This document shows, piece by piece, positions 18,682-28,415 of a stretch of DNA of 64,000 bases (positions are counted from its first letter, which is position 1; each line of letters starts with the position of its first letter). The stretch covers positions 32,001 to 96,000 of the forward strand of contig CAVYTU010000009.1 in the NCBI GenBank assembly GCA_963771465.1, written 5' to 3'. Source of the DNA: an uncultured delta proteobacterium (GTDB lineage: Bacteria > Desulfobacterota > Binatia > UBA9968). The position numbers and the translations under genes were made by a program. The notes beneath the pieces are model-generated. The model did no database searches. It had not been told where the DNA came from and saw only the letters and a program-made list of their open reading frames with translations.

Positions 18682-19500
18682 TTACTTCTTGTCGAGCTTC
18701 ATGGATTCGGAAACCGGGCGCAATTTCTTTTGCACGAACTGTTCCAAACCCGGCCGTCCGCCCTGCTCGCGGACGATTCGTTGGGAGATGAAATTAGAAA
18801 TCGCCAAGCTCGCCTCTGGCGCGGTGCAAGTGCTCAGATGCCATGCCTCTTTGACCGCTTTGAGCGCCAGCGGACTCTTTTCGGCGAGGCAGCTGGCAAA
18901 CTCGTTAACTTCACTGTCGAGTTGGGCGCGGGGAACCGCTTTGGATATCAAGCCGATGCGCTCCGCCTCCTGGGCCGACATCACCTTTCCAGACAACGCA
19001 TAATAAAGTCCGTGTTTGGCTTGCAGATAGTTGGCGAGGATCGGTGTCGTCTCGCCGGCGGGAAAATGGCCGAAGTTCACCTCCGGCAAGCCGAACTTGG
19101 CGTCATCGGAGGCAATCGCGACGTCGCAGCCGACGGTAACCGTCAGCGCGCCGCCCAGACACCAGCCGGTGATGCGGGCGATGATCGGCTGGGGCAAGGT
19201 GTGTAATAGTTCGGTGCGCCACTTGCGCACTTTTTCCCGGATGTCGTCCTTCACCCACTCAGGTTGCGACTCCATTTCCAAGCCGTACTGCTTCAAATCT
19301 TGACCGGCACAAAAGTTATCGCCCGCGCCTGTGAGAATGATAACCCGCGTCTCTTTGTCGTAACGAATTTCCGTCAGCAGTTGATACATCTCGCGATGCA
19401 GTTGCGGGCTCATGGCGTTGCGTTTTTCCGGACGGTTGAACATGACCGTCGTGATTCCCGCACTCTTCGATACCAATAAAGTTTGATAGTTCTCCGTCAT
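18682..19500 (-). CDS. enoyl-CoA hydratase/isomerase, hydroxycinnamoyl-CoA hydratase-lyase-like
   Basis: NRPEKRNAMSP, FCAGQDLK, GWCLGGA, FGLPEVNFG. Confidence 0.88.
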   Translation of the reverse strand: MTENYQTLLVSKSAGITTVMFNRPEKRNAMSPQLHREMYQLLTEIRYDKETRVIILTGAGDNFCAGQDLKQYGLEMESQPEWVKDDIREKVRKWRTELLHTLPQPIIARITGWCLGGALTVTVGCDVAIASDDAKFGLPEVNFGHFPAGETTPILANYLQAKHGLYYALSGKVMSAQEAERIGLISKAVPRAQLDSEVNEFASCLAEKSPLALKAVKEAWHLSTCTAPEASLAISNFISQRIVREQGGRPGLEQFVQKKLRPVSESMKLDKK

Positions 19501-19595
19501 GTTTCCTCCTCATGGCAGCTGTATTTTTAAAACTCATTGAAGCGACAATCACCGTCGGCTAGGCTCCGAGCGCTTGCACAAATCAGGAGGCTGCC

Positions 19596-20622
19596 GTGAA
19601 GATTTTTACCTTGGCTCATTTGCTCGCATTGCTCGCAGCGACGCAACTCAACGCACAAACGTCTTTCTTCGAAGGCAAAACCATCCGCATCATCGTCGAC
19701 TGCCGGCAGGCGACGCCTACGACATTTACGCACGTCTATTGGCAACTTACATGGGCAAGCATATTCCTGGCAATCCCAATATCATGGTTCAGAATATGCC
19801 CGGTGCGTCGAGCATGATCGCGGCGAACTACGTCTACAACGTCGCCAAGCCCGACGGGCTCACGCTCGGCTCCACCCTGCCCTCGCTGTATTTCGACCAG
19901 CTGCTTGGACGCAAGGAAGTGAAATTCGATTGGCGCAAATTTACCTGGCTGGAAAGCCTTGAGACCTCGAACAACTTGATCTACATGCGCAGCGATACGC
20001 CATTCAAAACCATTCACGATGTCACCAAAGCGACGGAGCCGCCCAAGTGCGGTTCCACCGGCACCGGATCACCGTCGTATTTCATGGTCAAGCTGCTCAA
20101 CGAAGCGATCGGCGCCAAATTCACCGTCGTCACCGGATATCAGGGCGGTCAGGAAATCGACCTCGCGGTGGAGAAAAACGAAGTCGTCTGCCGGGGCTTT
20201 ACGGTGACGACGTTTTTTGCACGCGAACCGTTTCACACCTGGCGCAAGAAGAACTTCGTTAGGGTGTTGGTGCAGACCGGTAAGAAGCGCGATGCGCGCC
20301 TTGCCGACGTGCCGACGATCATCGAATTGATGGACGAATATAAAACCCCCGAGACGACACGCAAGCTGGCAACTCTAGCCTTGGCTTCCGGTGAGTTCGG
20401 CCGGCCGATTGTCGCGACCCCGGGTATCCCGGCCGAGCGCGCAAGAATGCTGCGCGACGTTACACGAAAACGTTGAAAGATCCCGAGCTGCTCGCTGAGG
20501 CGAAAAAGAAACTCTTGGAGATCGATCCGACCGGCGGCCAAGAACTTGAGGCATTGGCGAAGGATGTGCTGTCAGCCAACAAGGAATTGGTCGACCGCCT
20601 ACAGCAACTGCTCAACAAATAA
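19596..20622 (+). pseudogene. Bug/TctC tripartite tricarboxylate transporter binding protein, two 1-nt deletions (possibly sequencing errors)
   Basis: FFEGKTIRIIV-(G)LPAGDAYD...HIPGNP...NMPGA...KPDGLT; shifts near 19699 and 20460; C-terminus ...KDPELLAEAKK...LLNK*. Confidence 0.8.
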
Positions 20623-20629
20623 TCATTCG

Positions 20630-21877
20630 CTAGTTATGAATACTACGCCCAACGGTTTCTCTGACACCAAAGGCGAGTAAACCGGCGGTTGCCAATGCAA
20701 ACAGGCCGGCCATCACGAATGCCAAACCATAACCACCTTGTTCGGCGACAAAGCCGAATAGCGCTGGGCTGATCAATCCCCCGACCTCGCCGATCATGCG
20801 CCAGAAGCCAAAGAAACGGCCGCGGGCGTTAGCCGGCGCCATATCGGTGCCGAGCACCTGCATGCTGCCGGAGGTAACCGAATGGCTGCCATGGATCCAC
20901 AGGAAGCCGGCGAAGAAAAGCGCCAGACCCCACTGCCACTGAGCGCTCGCGGCAAGAAAGAAAAACCCAAGAGCCATGAAAAGAAATCCCGGCACCATCG
21001 TGGTCTTACGGCCGTAACGGTCCATCAGATAGCCGCAGCAAAGCGTGATCGGGATGCCAACCACGCTGCTGGTGGTCGCCAATCCGCCCAATCCCTTGGC
21101 GCCGAGGTCGTACGCGAAGGTGGCGTAAAGCAGCAAAGTTCCGCCCCACAATATACCGCGCGTCATCGACGCGAATAACTGGGCTGCGAAAAATCCGCGG
21201 TAACGGATATTGAACATCAGCACCAGCAAATCGCGGGTGCTCAACACCTCCTCGGCTTTTTTATCGGCGCGGCGATCGAGGCCGGGAGCGGTTTCGCGCA
21301 ACAAAAATAAACTCGGCACGATTGCCAGCACCGACAAGGCAGCGTGAACGAAAAATGGCACTCGGATACTCGAGGTTGCGAGAATGCCGCCGAGAGCGGG
21401 ACCGATGAGTCGGCCGGAACTTTCAGTACCGACCATGCCGGTGATTTGCCGTCCACGCTGGCGCTCTTTGCCGACATCGGCGACCATCGCTAGACGAGCC
21501 TGACGCCACATCTCCATCGCTGCGCCGCCGATAAAGCGATACACCAATAGTTGCGCGAAGGAGCCGGCCACGCCGGTGAGAGCTGAGGCGAGCGCCATGA
21601 GCAGCGGAGCGGCGATAAGAATCGCTCGCCGGCCAAAATGATCGATGAAAAAGCCGCAGGGCACTGCCGCCACCAATCCCCCAAAGGCATGCATGACGAT
21701 CACGAGGGACGCAACGGCAAAACCGGTCTCGAAAGATTTCGCGAATACTGGGATCGCCGGCGTCGCAATGCTGGCGCCCAAGGCGAAGACGAATGCAGGG
21801 AAATAGAGGGTTAAAAATTGATCGCGGGAAAAAATCCCGCCGCTGTCGCGTTTGTTCGCAATTGCGCCTTTATCCAT
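20630..21877 (-). CDS. MFS transporter
   Basis: ~12 TM; G.FIDHFGRR and GYLMDRYGRK motif A. Confidence 0.92.
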   Translation of the reverse strand: MDKGAIANKRDSGGIFSRDQFLTLYFPAFVFALGASIATPAIPVFAKSFETGFAVASLVIVMHAFGGLVAAVPCGFFIDHFGRRAILIAAPLLMALASALTGVAGSFAQLLVYRFIGGAAMEMWRQARLAMVADVGKERQRGRQITGMVGTESSGRLIGPALGGILATSSIRVPFFVHAALSVLAIVPSLFLLRETAPGLDRRADKKAEEVLSTRDLLVLMFNIRYRGFFAAQLFASMTRGILWGGTLLLYATFAYDLGAKGLGGLATTSSVVGIPITLCCGYLMDRYGRKTTMVPGFLFMALGFFFLAASAQWQWGLALFFAGFLWIHGSHSVTSGSMQVLGTDMAPANARGRFFGFWRMIGEVGGLISPALFGFVAEQGGYGLAFVMAGLFALATAGLLAFGVRETVGRSIHN

Positions 21878-22076
21878 TCTGAAACGGCCTACTTCTTCCC
21901 GGTAGCCGTTCGATGAACCGAGTACGGGAAAGTTGCGCGACGCGCGAGTTTTACTTGCCTGCGCCGAGATGTTGCCTATGTCACGGTATAATCGGATCGA
22001 GACCGGGCGTCAATTGTGCAGCCGTGTTGCACCGATGAGTTGCATGGCGAATTAATTTCCGATACAGAACGCTGCC

Positions 22077-22544
22077 ATGGCATCACGTTACACTCATTCC
22101 AAAGTGCTTCGCACCATCGGCCAAGAGCTCGAAAAACGCGGCATCGATTTGTTCGAGCTTAGTTGCCGGCGGGCTCACTACACGATTGAATACAGCGATC
22201 CCAAACCGCCGCATACCCGATTGCTAGATATCTCTTTGTCCGCGGAAGAGATCCGATCGTTGGATCTCGACGCCGCGCGCCAGCGTAGTGGCTCGTTTAA
22301 GCTGGTGAACTTTGAACGCCTGCCGGAGATGCTTCGCGCTCTAGGCCGATACGTCGAAAGCAAAGACGGCGAAATCTTAAAAATTTCGACGTCGGCCTTC
22401 ACTCCGGCACGGGATGCCATGCGGCTGGAATATGAAGAGCGCGATGGCCGCATTCAGGCTGAAGAGTTAACCACTGCAGCTATCACCGATATCGCGATGC
22501 GCATGTATCGCATCCGCCTGAATAGTCAAACACAGCGTGACTAG
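22077..22544 (+). CDS. hypothetical protein with internal duplication (paralog of 17974-18528)
   Basis: LRTIGQELE / LRALGRYVE. Confidence 0.75.
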   Translation: MASRYTHSKVLRTIGQELEKRGIDLFELSCRRAHYTIEYSDPKPPHTRLLDISLSAEEIRSLDLDAARQRSGSFKLVNFERLPEMLRALGRYVESKDGEILKISTSAFTPARDAMRLEYEERDGRIQAEELTTAAITDIAMRMYRIRLNSQTQRD

Positions 22545-22581
22545 CGTATTTGCTCGAACTTCGTCGCGTACCAACTTCATT

Positions 22582-23103
22582 TCAACTCCGCTCCGCCATG
22601 CTTCCGTCGAGAAAGCGCCAATTACTAAATGTTGCCGCTTGACCGCAAGGCGCGCTATTTTCATCGAGAAGGTTCCAGACCGTGGCCTTTTCGATCATGA
22701 AGCGTCGCCCGCTCTTGGAAACGCGCACGCCGCGATAGTCGTCGATAAATCCCTGCCGGGCGACCGACGCGAGCAAACGCTCGCGTTCATCTCGCTCCGC
22801 CGCTGCCGCGGTGAGGCGCGACGGGGTCGCCGTCAATTCGCCCCAACTCAATTCGAAGAGTTGCATCCCCATAAGATTAGAATAATTCAGGAGCGGGTCC
22901 CGCGCGCCGTCGTGCGACAACAGAGCGAAAGGCGCATGAAATAATTGCCGGGCTTGCTCGGTCGCAGGCGAATCGGGGGCGATTAAGTCGCGCCCGGTCC
23001 AGTGGCGCAAACTCACGACCAGACGTGCGACATGGGGCGCAAGAAAATCATTCGCCTCGCATGGCATTGCTGGATTGCGCTGAATTGTTCCATCTGCCGA
23101 CAT
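22582..23103 (-). CDS. MEKHLA domain protein
   Basis: LFHAPFALLSH..DP..NYSN, PSRLTA, YRGVRVSKSGRRF.IEKATVWNL, GQAATF. Confidence 0.9.
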   Translation of the reverse strand: MSADGTIQRNPAMPCEANDFLAPHVARLVVSLRHWTGRDLIAPDSPATEQARQLFHAPFALLSHDGARDPLLNYSNLMGMQLFELSWGELTATPSRLTAAAAERDERERLLASVARQGFIDDYRGVRVSKSGRRFMIEKATVWNLLDENSAPCGQAATFSNWRFLDGSMAERS

Positions 23104-23844
23104 GACCGGCGGCGATTGTAGTGTTCACGCATGCGTGACGCAAGGGAGCGCCTGACGATCGCAGATCCGACATTGGGCTCAATGAGTGGGACGCGGGCCT
23201 GGGAATAGGATGGTGGAGATAAACGATCGCGAAGTATCGGATGGAAAGGGAAAATGATCTCGCAGTGCCGAGAACGCCGTCGGCGACATGGAGCGCGTTG
23301 AGCGCGCCAGGTGCCTCAGTCAACCTTGAGCAAATCCGGCTTAATCTCGATTGCCGGAGTTGCCGTGGCTGATTGGCGGGAGCTTACACCTAGTTTGCGA
23401 CGCTGGCCGTTCTCTTGGGCTTTGACGGCATTTAGGCGCTCACGGAACCAGGTCTTCTCCGGCCATTGCCAGTTCTGATCGGCCTCTGAGAAATTGTTAG
23501 GCAGCTTGGAACCCATCATGAGTAAATCTGAGAGCAAGGGTCGTACCAGCCGTAACTAGTCAACATATCGACGTTGTAACCCATAGAGCCATTCAACATG
23601 CGCACAAAATTCGCCAACCCTGGCCATAAACTGATGTACACCGGGAGTTTGGAACCCGAGCAAAGCATCGATAAAATAAGTTCACTTCACGAGCGGCGCG
23701 GCATCGACGTGCATGGAGATTCTACTTGCACCCAGTGCGGCAGACACTCTCCCCCCGGTCATCCTTTGATGCGGCGCGCGCGACAAAAACGCCAAGGATT
23801 ACCAGCCCGTACTTTCATGCAGATTGATAACTAGTGGCTAAACT

Positions 23845-25077
23845 CTATCTTGGGGGCGATCTTAATCTGCGCCGTGTGAGGAACTTTACCCGCTGGCCTT
23901 GGCGCAATTCGACCAATGAATAATGAGTGCCGCGCCAGTCGATGCCACCGTTCTTGACGCACTTGCGGCCGGCGTGTAGCAACATGGCGGCGATAATGAT
24001 TAGACCGGCCGGGAAGAACAGCGTGTTCAAGACATCCCTCGCCCCTTCCGATTTGCCATGGATTGAAAAAGCGATGAGCATGATGAGAGCACCGACGCCG
24101 CTAATTAGCAGAATAACGTTTTTTTGCACTAGGCCTAGGCTGATGGCGAGGAGCGGCGCCATGACGAAACTAGCGAGAGCGCCAACCTCGATCAGGAGCA
24201 GCCACCAACGATAGTTAGCGGTTGGGCCATAGAGATTTTTTTCGAGACCCTTGAACATCGCCGCGAGCGTAGCGTACCAGCGGACACTCAGCTCGTCACG
24301 AGCCAGCGCCAGGCGCGAGCAGCCGCCGACCTGGTAAATCATCAAGCCTAAACCGACGTCATCCACCGGTTCGAGTCTCAACCACGCGAAGCCACGAGTG
24401 CGGCGCCAGGTTTCTGCCTTGACTAAGTTGAAAGCGCCGATGCCAACAAAAGCCTTACTTCCCTGCCGGTTCAGATTGGCGCTACCCGTGCCGAGGATGA
24501 ACAAAAGGCTAAACGCGCGCACGGCCACGTCGAGCCAAAAGCCAGATTGAATCGTGCGCGGAATCAATGCCAAGTGATCGCAACGTTGATCCAGCGCGAA
24601 CGCCATGGCCCGACGCAGGATGGCCGGAGCGAAGTGCACGTCGGCGTCGGTGAACAATATCCACTCGCCGTGGGCGCGCGCGACGCCTTGATCAAGCGCA
24701 TGCACTTTGCCGAGCCAGCCGGGGGGCAGAGTCTTGATGTGACGCGCCTTAACTCTGCTGTCACCATCGGCAAGCCGATCGATGATCGCGGCGGTCGCAT
24801 CTGTCGAGCGATCGTCGAGCAAAATAATTTCTAGATCGGGATAATCTTGGGCGATGAGGGTTTTCGCCGCCGACTCAATATGTTCTGCTTCGTTGCATGC
24901 TGGAACGACGACAGTTAGTTTGGGCCAGCGCACCGGCAATACGACATTTTGCCGCGCCAACTCGGGAATCCGTTTCATGGCCCAAAAGAGATAGGCGAAG
25001 ATGACCACCCACAGGGCGCCCAACAACAGCAGCGAAACGAATGCAAACGTTTCCATCAGGCGTTGATCATGAATCAA
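23845..25077 (-). CDS. membrane GT2 glycosyltransferase (HpnB/CrtQ-like)
   Basis: PACNEA, DDRSTD, GWLGK.HAL, FTDAD, DD.GLG, WRG. Confidence 0.88.
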   Translation of the reverse strand: MIHDQRLMETFAFVSLLLLGALWVVIFAYLFWAMKRIPELARQNVVLPVRWPKLTVVVPACNEAEHIESAAKTLIAQDYPDLEIILLDDRSTDATAAIIDRLADGDSRVKARHIKTLPPGWLGKVHALDQGVARAHGEWILFTDADVHFAPAILRRAMAFALDQRCDHLALIPRTIQSGFWLDVAVRAFSLLFILGTGSANLNRQGSKAFVGIGAFNLVKAETWRRTRGFAWLRLEPVDDVGLGLMIYQVGGCSRLALARDELSVRWYATLAAMFKGLEKNLYGPTANYRWWLLLIEVGALASFVMAPLLAISLGLVQKNVILLISGVGALIMLIAFSIHGKSEGARDVLNTLFFPAGLIIIAAMLLHAGRKCVKNGGIDWRGTHYSLVELRQGQRVKFLTRRRLRSPPR

Positions 25078-25132
25078 ATTTCAGCCATGGAGAAATCGGC
25101 ATGAGGCAGAGATCGCTCGGTCAAACCCCGGC

Positions 25133-25762
25133 TTAGGAAAATCTTTGCCAATTGAGAAATAGCTTTTCGGCATAAAGCCGCTCGACATGCTCCCGAAGCG
25201 CAATTCCACGGCTGGTAAGATATTCGGCGATCGGTTTGAGCGGCATGCCCACAGCAGCCAAATAGTCGCCGGAAATCCTGGCAATCAGCTCGGCGCCTTG
25301 TCCCTGAATCGAATAACCGCCCGCCTTATCGAGGGATTCATTACAGTCAAGATAGTTGCCAATCTCGCGCTCCGTAGAGCGTCGCATATCGACGAGCACT
25401 CGTTCGACGATCCGTAATCCGGCACCGCCAGCGCCGTCGATCAGCGCCACAGCGGTAAAAATCTCGTGCCTCTTGCCGGAGAGAGCGACCAGCATGCGCT
25501 GGGCGTCGTTGCGATCGCGTGGCTTGCCGAGTTTTTCACTGCCAACAGCAATCATCGTGTCGCTGCCAATCACCAGCGCGTCCGGATGACTCCGCGCCAC
25601 CGACTCAGCCTTGCCGACGGCGAAATCGAGAACTTCGTCTGCGATCGAGAGATGCGGCGCGACCTGCTCCTCGAACGGCGGCACGATGATCTCGAAAGGC
25701 AAACCGAGCAACGCCAGTATCTCGCGGCGGCGCGGCGATGTTGAGGCGAGGATCAGACGCAT
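25133..25762 (-). CDS. maf: Maf family nucleoside triphosphate pyrophosphatase
   Basis: LILASTSPRR, GSDT, GKP, DKAGGYSIQG. Confidence 0.95.
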   Translation of the reverse strand: MRLILASTSPRRREILALLGLPFEIIVPPFEEQVAPHLSIADEVLDFAVGKAESVARSHPDALVIGSDTMIAVGSEKLGKPRDRNDAQRMLVALSGKRHEIFTAVALIDGAGGAGLRIVERVLVDMRRSTEREIGNYLDCNESLDKAGGYSIQGQGAELIARISGDYLAAVGMPLKPIAEYLTSRGIALREHVERLYAEKLFLNWQRFS

Positions 25763-25770
25763 GAAGTAGG

Positions 25771-26952
25771 TTAGGGCTGAAAACTGACGGAGGGCAATGG
25801 CGCCCCAGCAAGCCCGTCGCGCGCGTCGGCGGCGGTTAAATCAACGCGAGCGTCACGCCAAGCGAGATAATCGTCGAGACATTGAATCACGTCGGCGCAG
25901 TTGTTGACGCGCACCATTTTGGCGCGCAGCTCGGCCGCGCCGCGAAAATCGCGGCAATACCAGATCAAATGCTTGCGCATGCCGACGAAGTTGCGTTCTT
26001 GCACATAGGTTTCGAAATGACGCGCGTGCTCGACGATGACGCTGAAGCGCTCCGCCATGCTGATCGGCTCAATCGGCGCGGGCGGCGCGGACGCTAGCAA
26101 GGAACGCTTCAATTGATCTTTAACTTTGAATATCCATGGATTGCCTTCGGCCGCCCGGCCAAGCAAAACCCCATCGACGCCGCACTGACGCACTCGGCGA
26201 TAAACATCACCCATGTCACGGAGATCGCCATTGCCCAAGATGAGCGTTGGCTGTGCTTTGGCGATTTCGACCGCGCGCGCGATGGCATCCCAATCTGCGT
26301 CGCCTTTGTATCCTTGCTTGAGGGTGCGCCCATGAATGGAAATCGCCACCGGTTTTTCCTCGAGCAAGTTGGCAATCCAGTCTTCGATGACGATCTGATC
26401 GTAACCGATGCGGGTTTTCACTGACAACGGAATCGGGCGACGTACCGACGGCATCACCCAACCGCTGCGCTGTTGATTGGAAGCTTTAACTGTCTCACGA
26501 AGCTTCTGGCGCAAGCCCAACTGGTCGAGCGTCTGCCCCGCCACCCAATCGTCGATGCCCTGCCTTGTCTGCCGGATAATCTCGCGCGCCAATTCCGGCG
26601 TACGAATCAGTGCTGCCCCGCTACCCGAAGCGGCGACATTTTTTGCCGGGCAGCCCATGTTGATATCCAGACCATCGAACCCCAGCTCGCAGACCACGTG
26701 AGCGGCTTTGTAAAACAGTTCCGGCGTATGACCGTAGATCTGTGCGATGACTGGCCGTTCGATTTCTGAATAGGTGAAGTCGCGAATCAGCGTTTGCGGC
26801 GCATGAATGGCAGCGTCGACATTGGTAAATTCGGTGACCGTGATATCCGGTGCGCCATGTTTAGCCGCGATCCAGCGAAACGAAGCGTCGGTGACACCGT
26901 CCATCGGCGACAGGCCGATGATCGGTTTAGGTATGTCGTGCCAAAAACTCAT
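25771..26952 (-). CDS. dus: tRNA-dihydrouridine synthase
   Basis: LSPMDGVTD, DINMGCP, SVKTRIG, IHGRT, GNGD, GR.A.GNPW. Confidence 0.92.
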   Translation of the reverse strand: MSFWHDIPKPIIGLSPMDGVTDASFRWIAAKHGAPDITVTEFTNVDAAIHAPQTLIRDFTYSEIERPVIAQIYGHTPELFYKAAHVVCELGFDGLDINMGCPAKNVAASGSGAALIRTPELAREIIRQTRQGIDDWVAGQTLDQLGLRQKLRETVKASNQQRSGWVMPSVRRPIPLSVKTRIGYDQIVIEDWIANLLEEKPVAISIHGRTLKQGYKGDADWDAIARAVEIAKAQPTLILGNGDLRDMGDVYRRVRQCGVDGVLLGRAAEGNPWIFKVKDQLKRSLLASAPPAPIEPISMAERFSVIVEHARHFETYVQERNFVGMRKHLIWYCRDFRGAAELRAKMVRVNNCADVIQCLDDYLAWRDARVDLTAADARDGLAGAPLPSVSFQP

Positions 26953-27072
26953 GGGTAACTCGCCGGCTCAGTTTGACATTGCCGGGAGTGAAAATCCACA
27001 CTGATGCCGGTGACAGAGAGTCGATTCAATTGCTTAAGCGAGATCGTGGGGTCAATGCCGATGCCGACATTC

Positions 27073-27354
27073 TTAGCGCCGCTTTAAAATATCTTCGAGG
27101 CTCTTTCTATCCTCTTCCAAGATTTTTTCGCGCGGCCGATTGGCCGGCGCAGGGTCGGCCTTCTCGCTCTTATTCAGTTGACGCGATGTTTTGGTCACCG
27201 CCTTGGATCTATCAGCCCCACCGCTAAACAGTCGCGTCAGTTCGAACCAGTAGAACCAAACCAGGAACGCGATAAACCAAATGAATATCGGGAGAAAAAT
27301 GTACAACAGCAAACCTCGAAGCCAGCTGCGTTTCTTCCGCCTCTTCTGCGCCAT
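27073..27354 (-). CDS. small single-TM hypothetical protein
   Basis: basic N-terminus, TM helix, EKILEEDRKSLEDIL. Confidence 0.65.
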   Translation of the reverse strand: MAQKRRKKRSWLRGLLLYIFLPIFIWFIAFLVWFYWFELTRLFSGGADRSKAVTKTSRQLNKSEKADPAPANRPREKILEEDRKSLEDILKRR

Positions 27355-27464
27355 GTGAACTTGACCGACCTCGGCCCCCACCTTCCTGCGCCAAAAAACC
27401 AGCCGGCCAAATCGCCGCGGAATCCAGCACTGACGGGATGAAATTCGTTGCCGTGTAAGATGAA

Positions 27465-28415
27465 TCAGTACATCGGTTTGTGATCGAAATAGTGCGTCGC
27501 GTCGATCACCCGGATGGTTTTAGTCTTGGAGCGCATGACCACCGATTGGGTCGTCGCGCCGCCGGCGAAAAAATGAACGCCGCGTAGATAATCGCCGTCG
27601 GTCACGCCGGTGGCGGAAAACATAACATCACCTGCGGCTAGCTCGTCGAGCTGGAATTTTTTCTTGATGTCCGCCACGCCCATTTTCTTCGCGCGCTCGA
27701 TCTCTTCGTTATTGCGCGGCGCCAGCCGGCCCTGGAATTCGCCGCCGACGCAGCGCATTGCGGCGGCGGCCAGCACGCCTTCGGGCGCGCCGCCGATACC
27801 GAGCAATAAGTCGATGCCGGTATCCGGCTTGGTGGTCGCGATCGCCGCCGACACGTCGCCGTCGCCGATCAAGCGAATGCGCGCGCCCGCTTTACGCACC
27901 TCGGCGATGAGCGAGTCATGGCGCGGGCGGGCAAGAATAATCACCATAAGATCTTCTACCTTGCAGCGCTTGGCTTCGGCCAAAGCGCGCAGATTTTCGG
28001 TCGGCGATTTGTCCAGATCGACGACGCCTTTGCCGGCCGGGCCGCAAGCGATCTTCGCCATATAGGTGTCGGGGCAGTGCAAGAGATTGCCACCGTCGGC
28101 CATGGCAAGAACCGCTAGCGCGTTGGGGCCGCCTGTGGCGCAGATCGTCGTGCCTTCCAGCGGATCGAGAGCGATGTCGACTTTAGGACCGCCGGAGCCG
28201 ACTTTCTCACCGATGTATAGCATCGGCGCCTCGTCGCGCTCGCCCTCGCCGATCACTACCGTACCGTCGATGGACAAAGCATCGAAGGCTTTACGCATGG
28301 CGTCCACCGCGGCTTGATCCGCCGCCTTTTCATCGCCGCAGCCGGTCAAGCGCGCGCAATTGAGCGCCGCCGCTTCGGTAACTCGCACCGCTTCCAGGGC
28401 TAGATTTCTGTCCAT
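27465..28415 (-). CDS. glpX: class II fructose-1,6-bisphosphatase
   Basis: RVTEAAA, GEGERDEAPML, DPLEGT, DGDV, GGAPEG, ATGVT. Confidence 0.96.
   Translation of the reverse strand: MDRNLALEAVRVTEAAALNCARLTGCGDEKAADQAAVDAMRKAFDALSIDGTVVIGEGERDEAPMLYIGEKVGSGGPKVDIALDPLEGTTICATGGPNALAVLAMADGGNLLHCPDTYMAKIACGPAGKGVVDLDKSPTENLRALAEAKRCKVEDLMVIILARPRHDSLIAEVRKAGARIRLIGDGDVSAAIATTKPDTGIDLLLGIGGAPEGVLAAAAMRCVGGEFQGRLAPRNNEEIERAKKMGVADIKKKFQLDELAAGDVMFSATGVTDGDYLRGVHFFAGGATTQSVVMRSKTKTIRVIDATHYFDHKPMY

Noticed and set aside
23316-23834. Short ORFs between the MEKHLA and GT2 genes
   Set aside because: No motif, SD or clear coding bias; cannot be supported.
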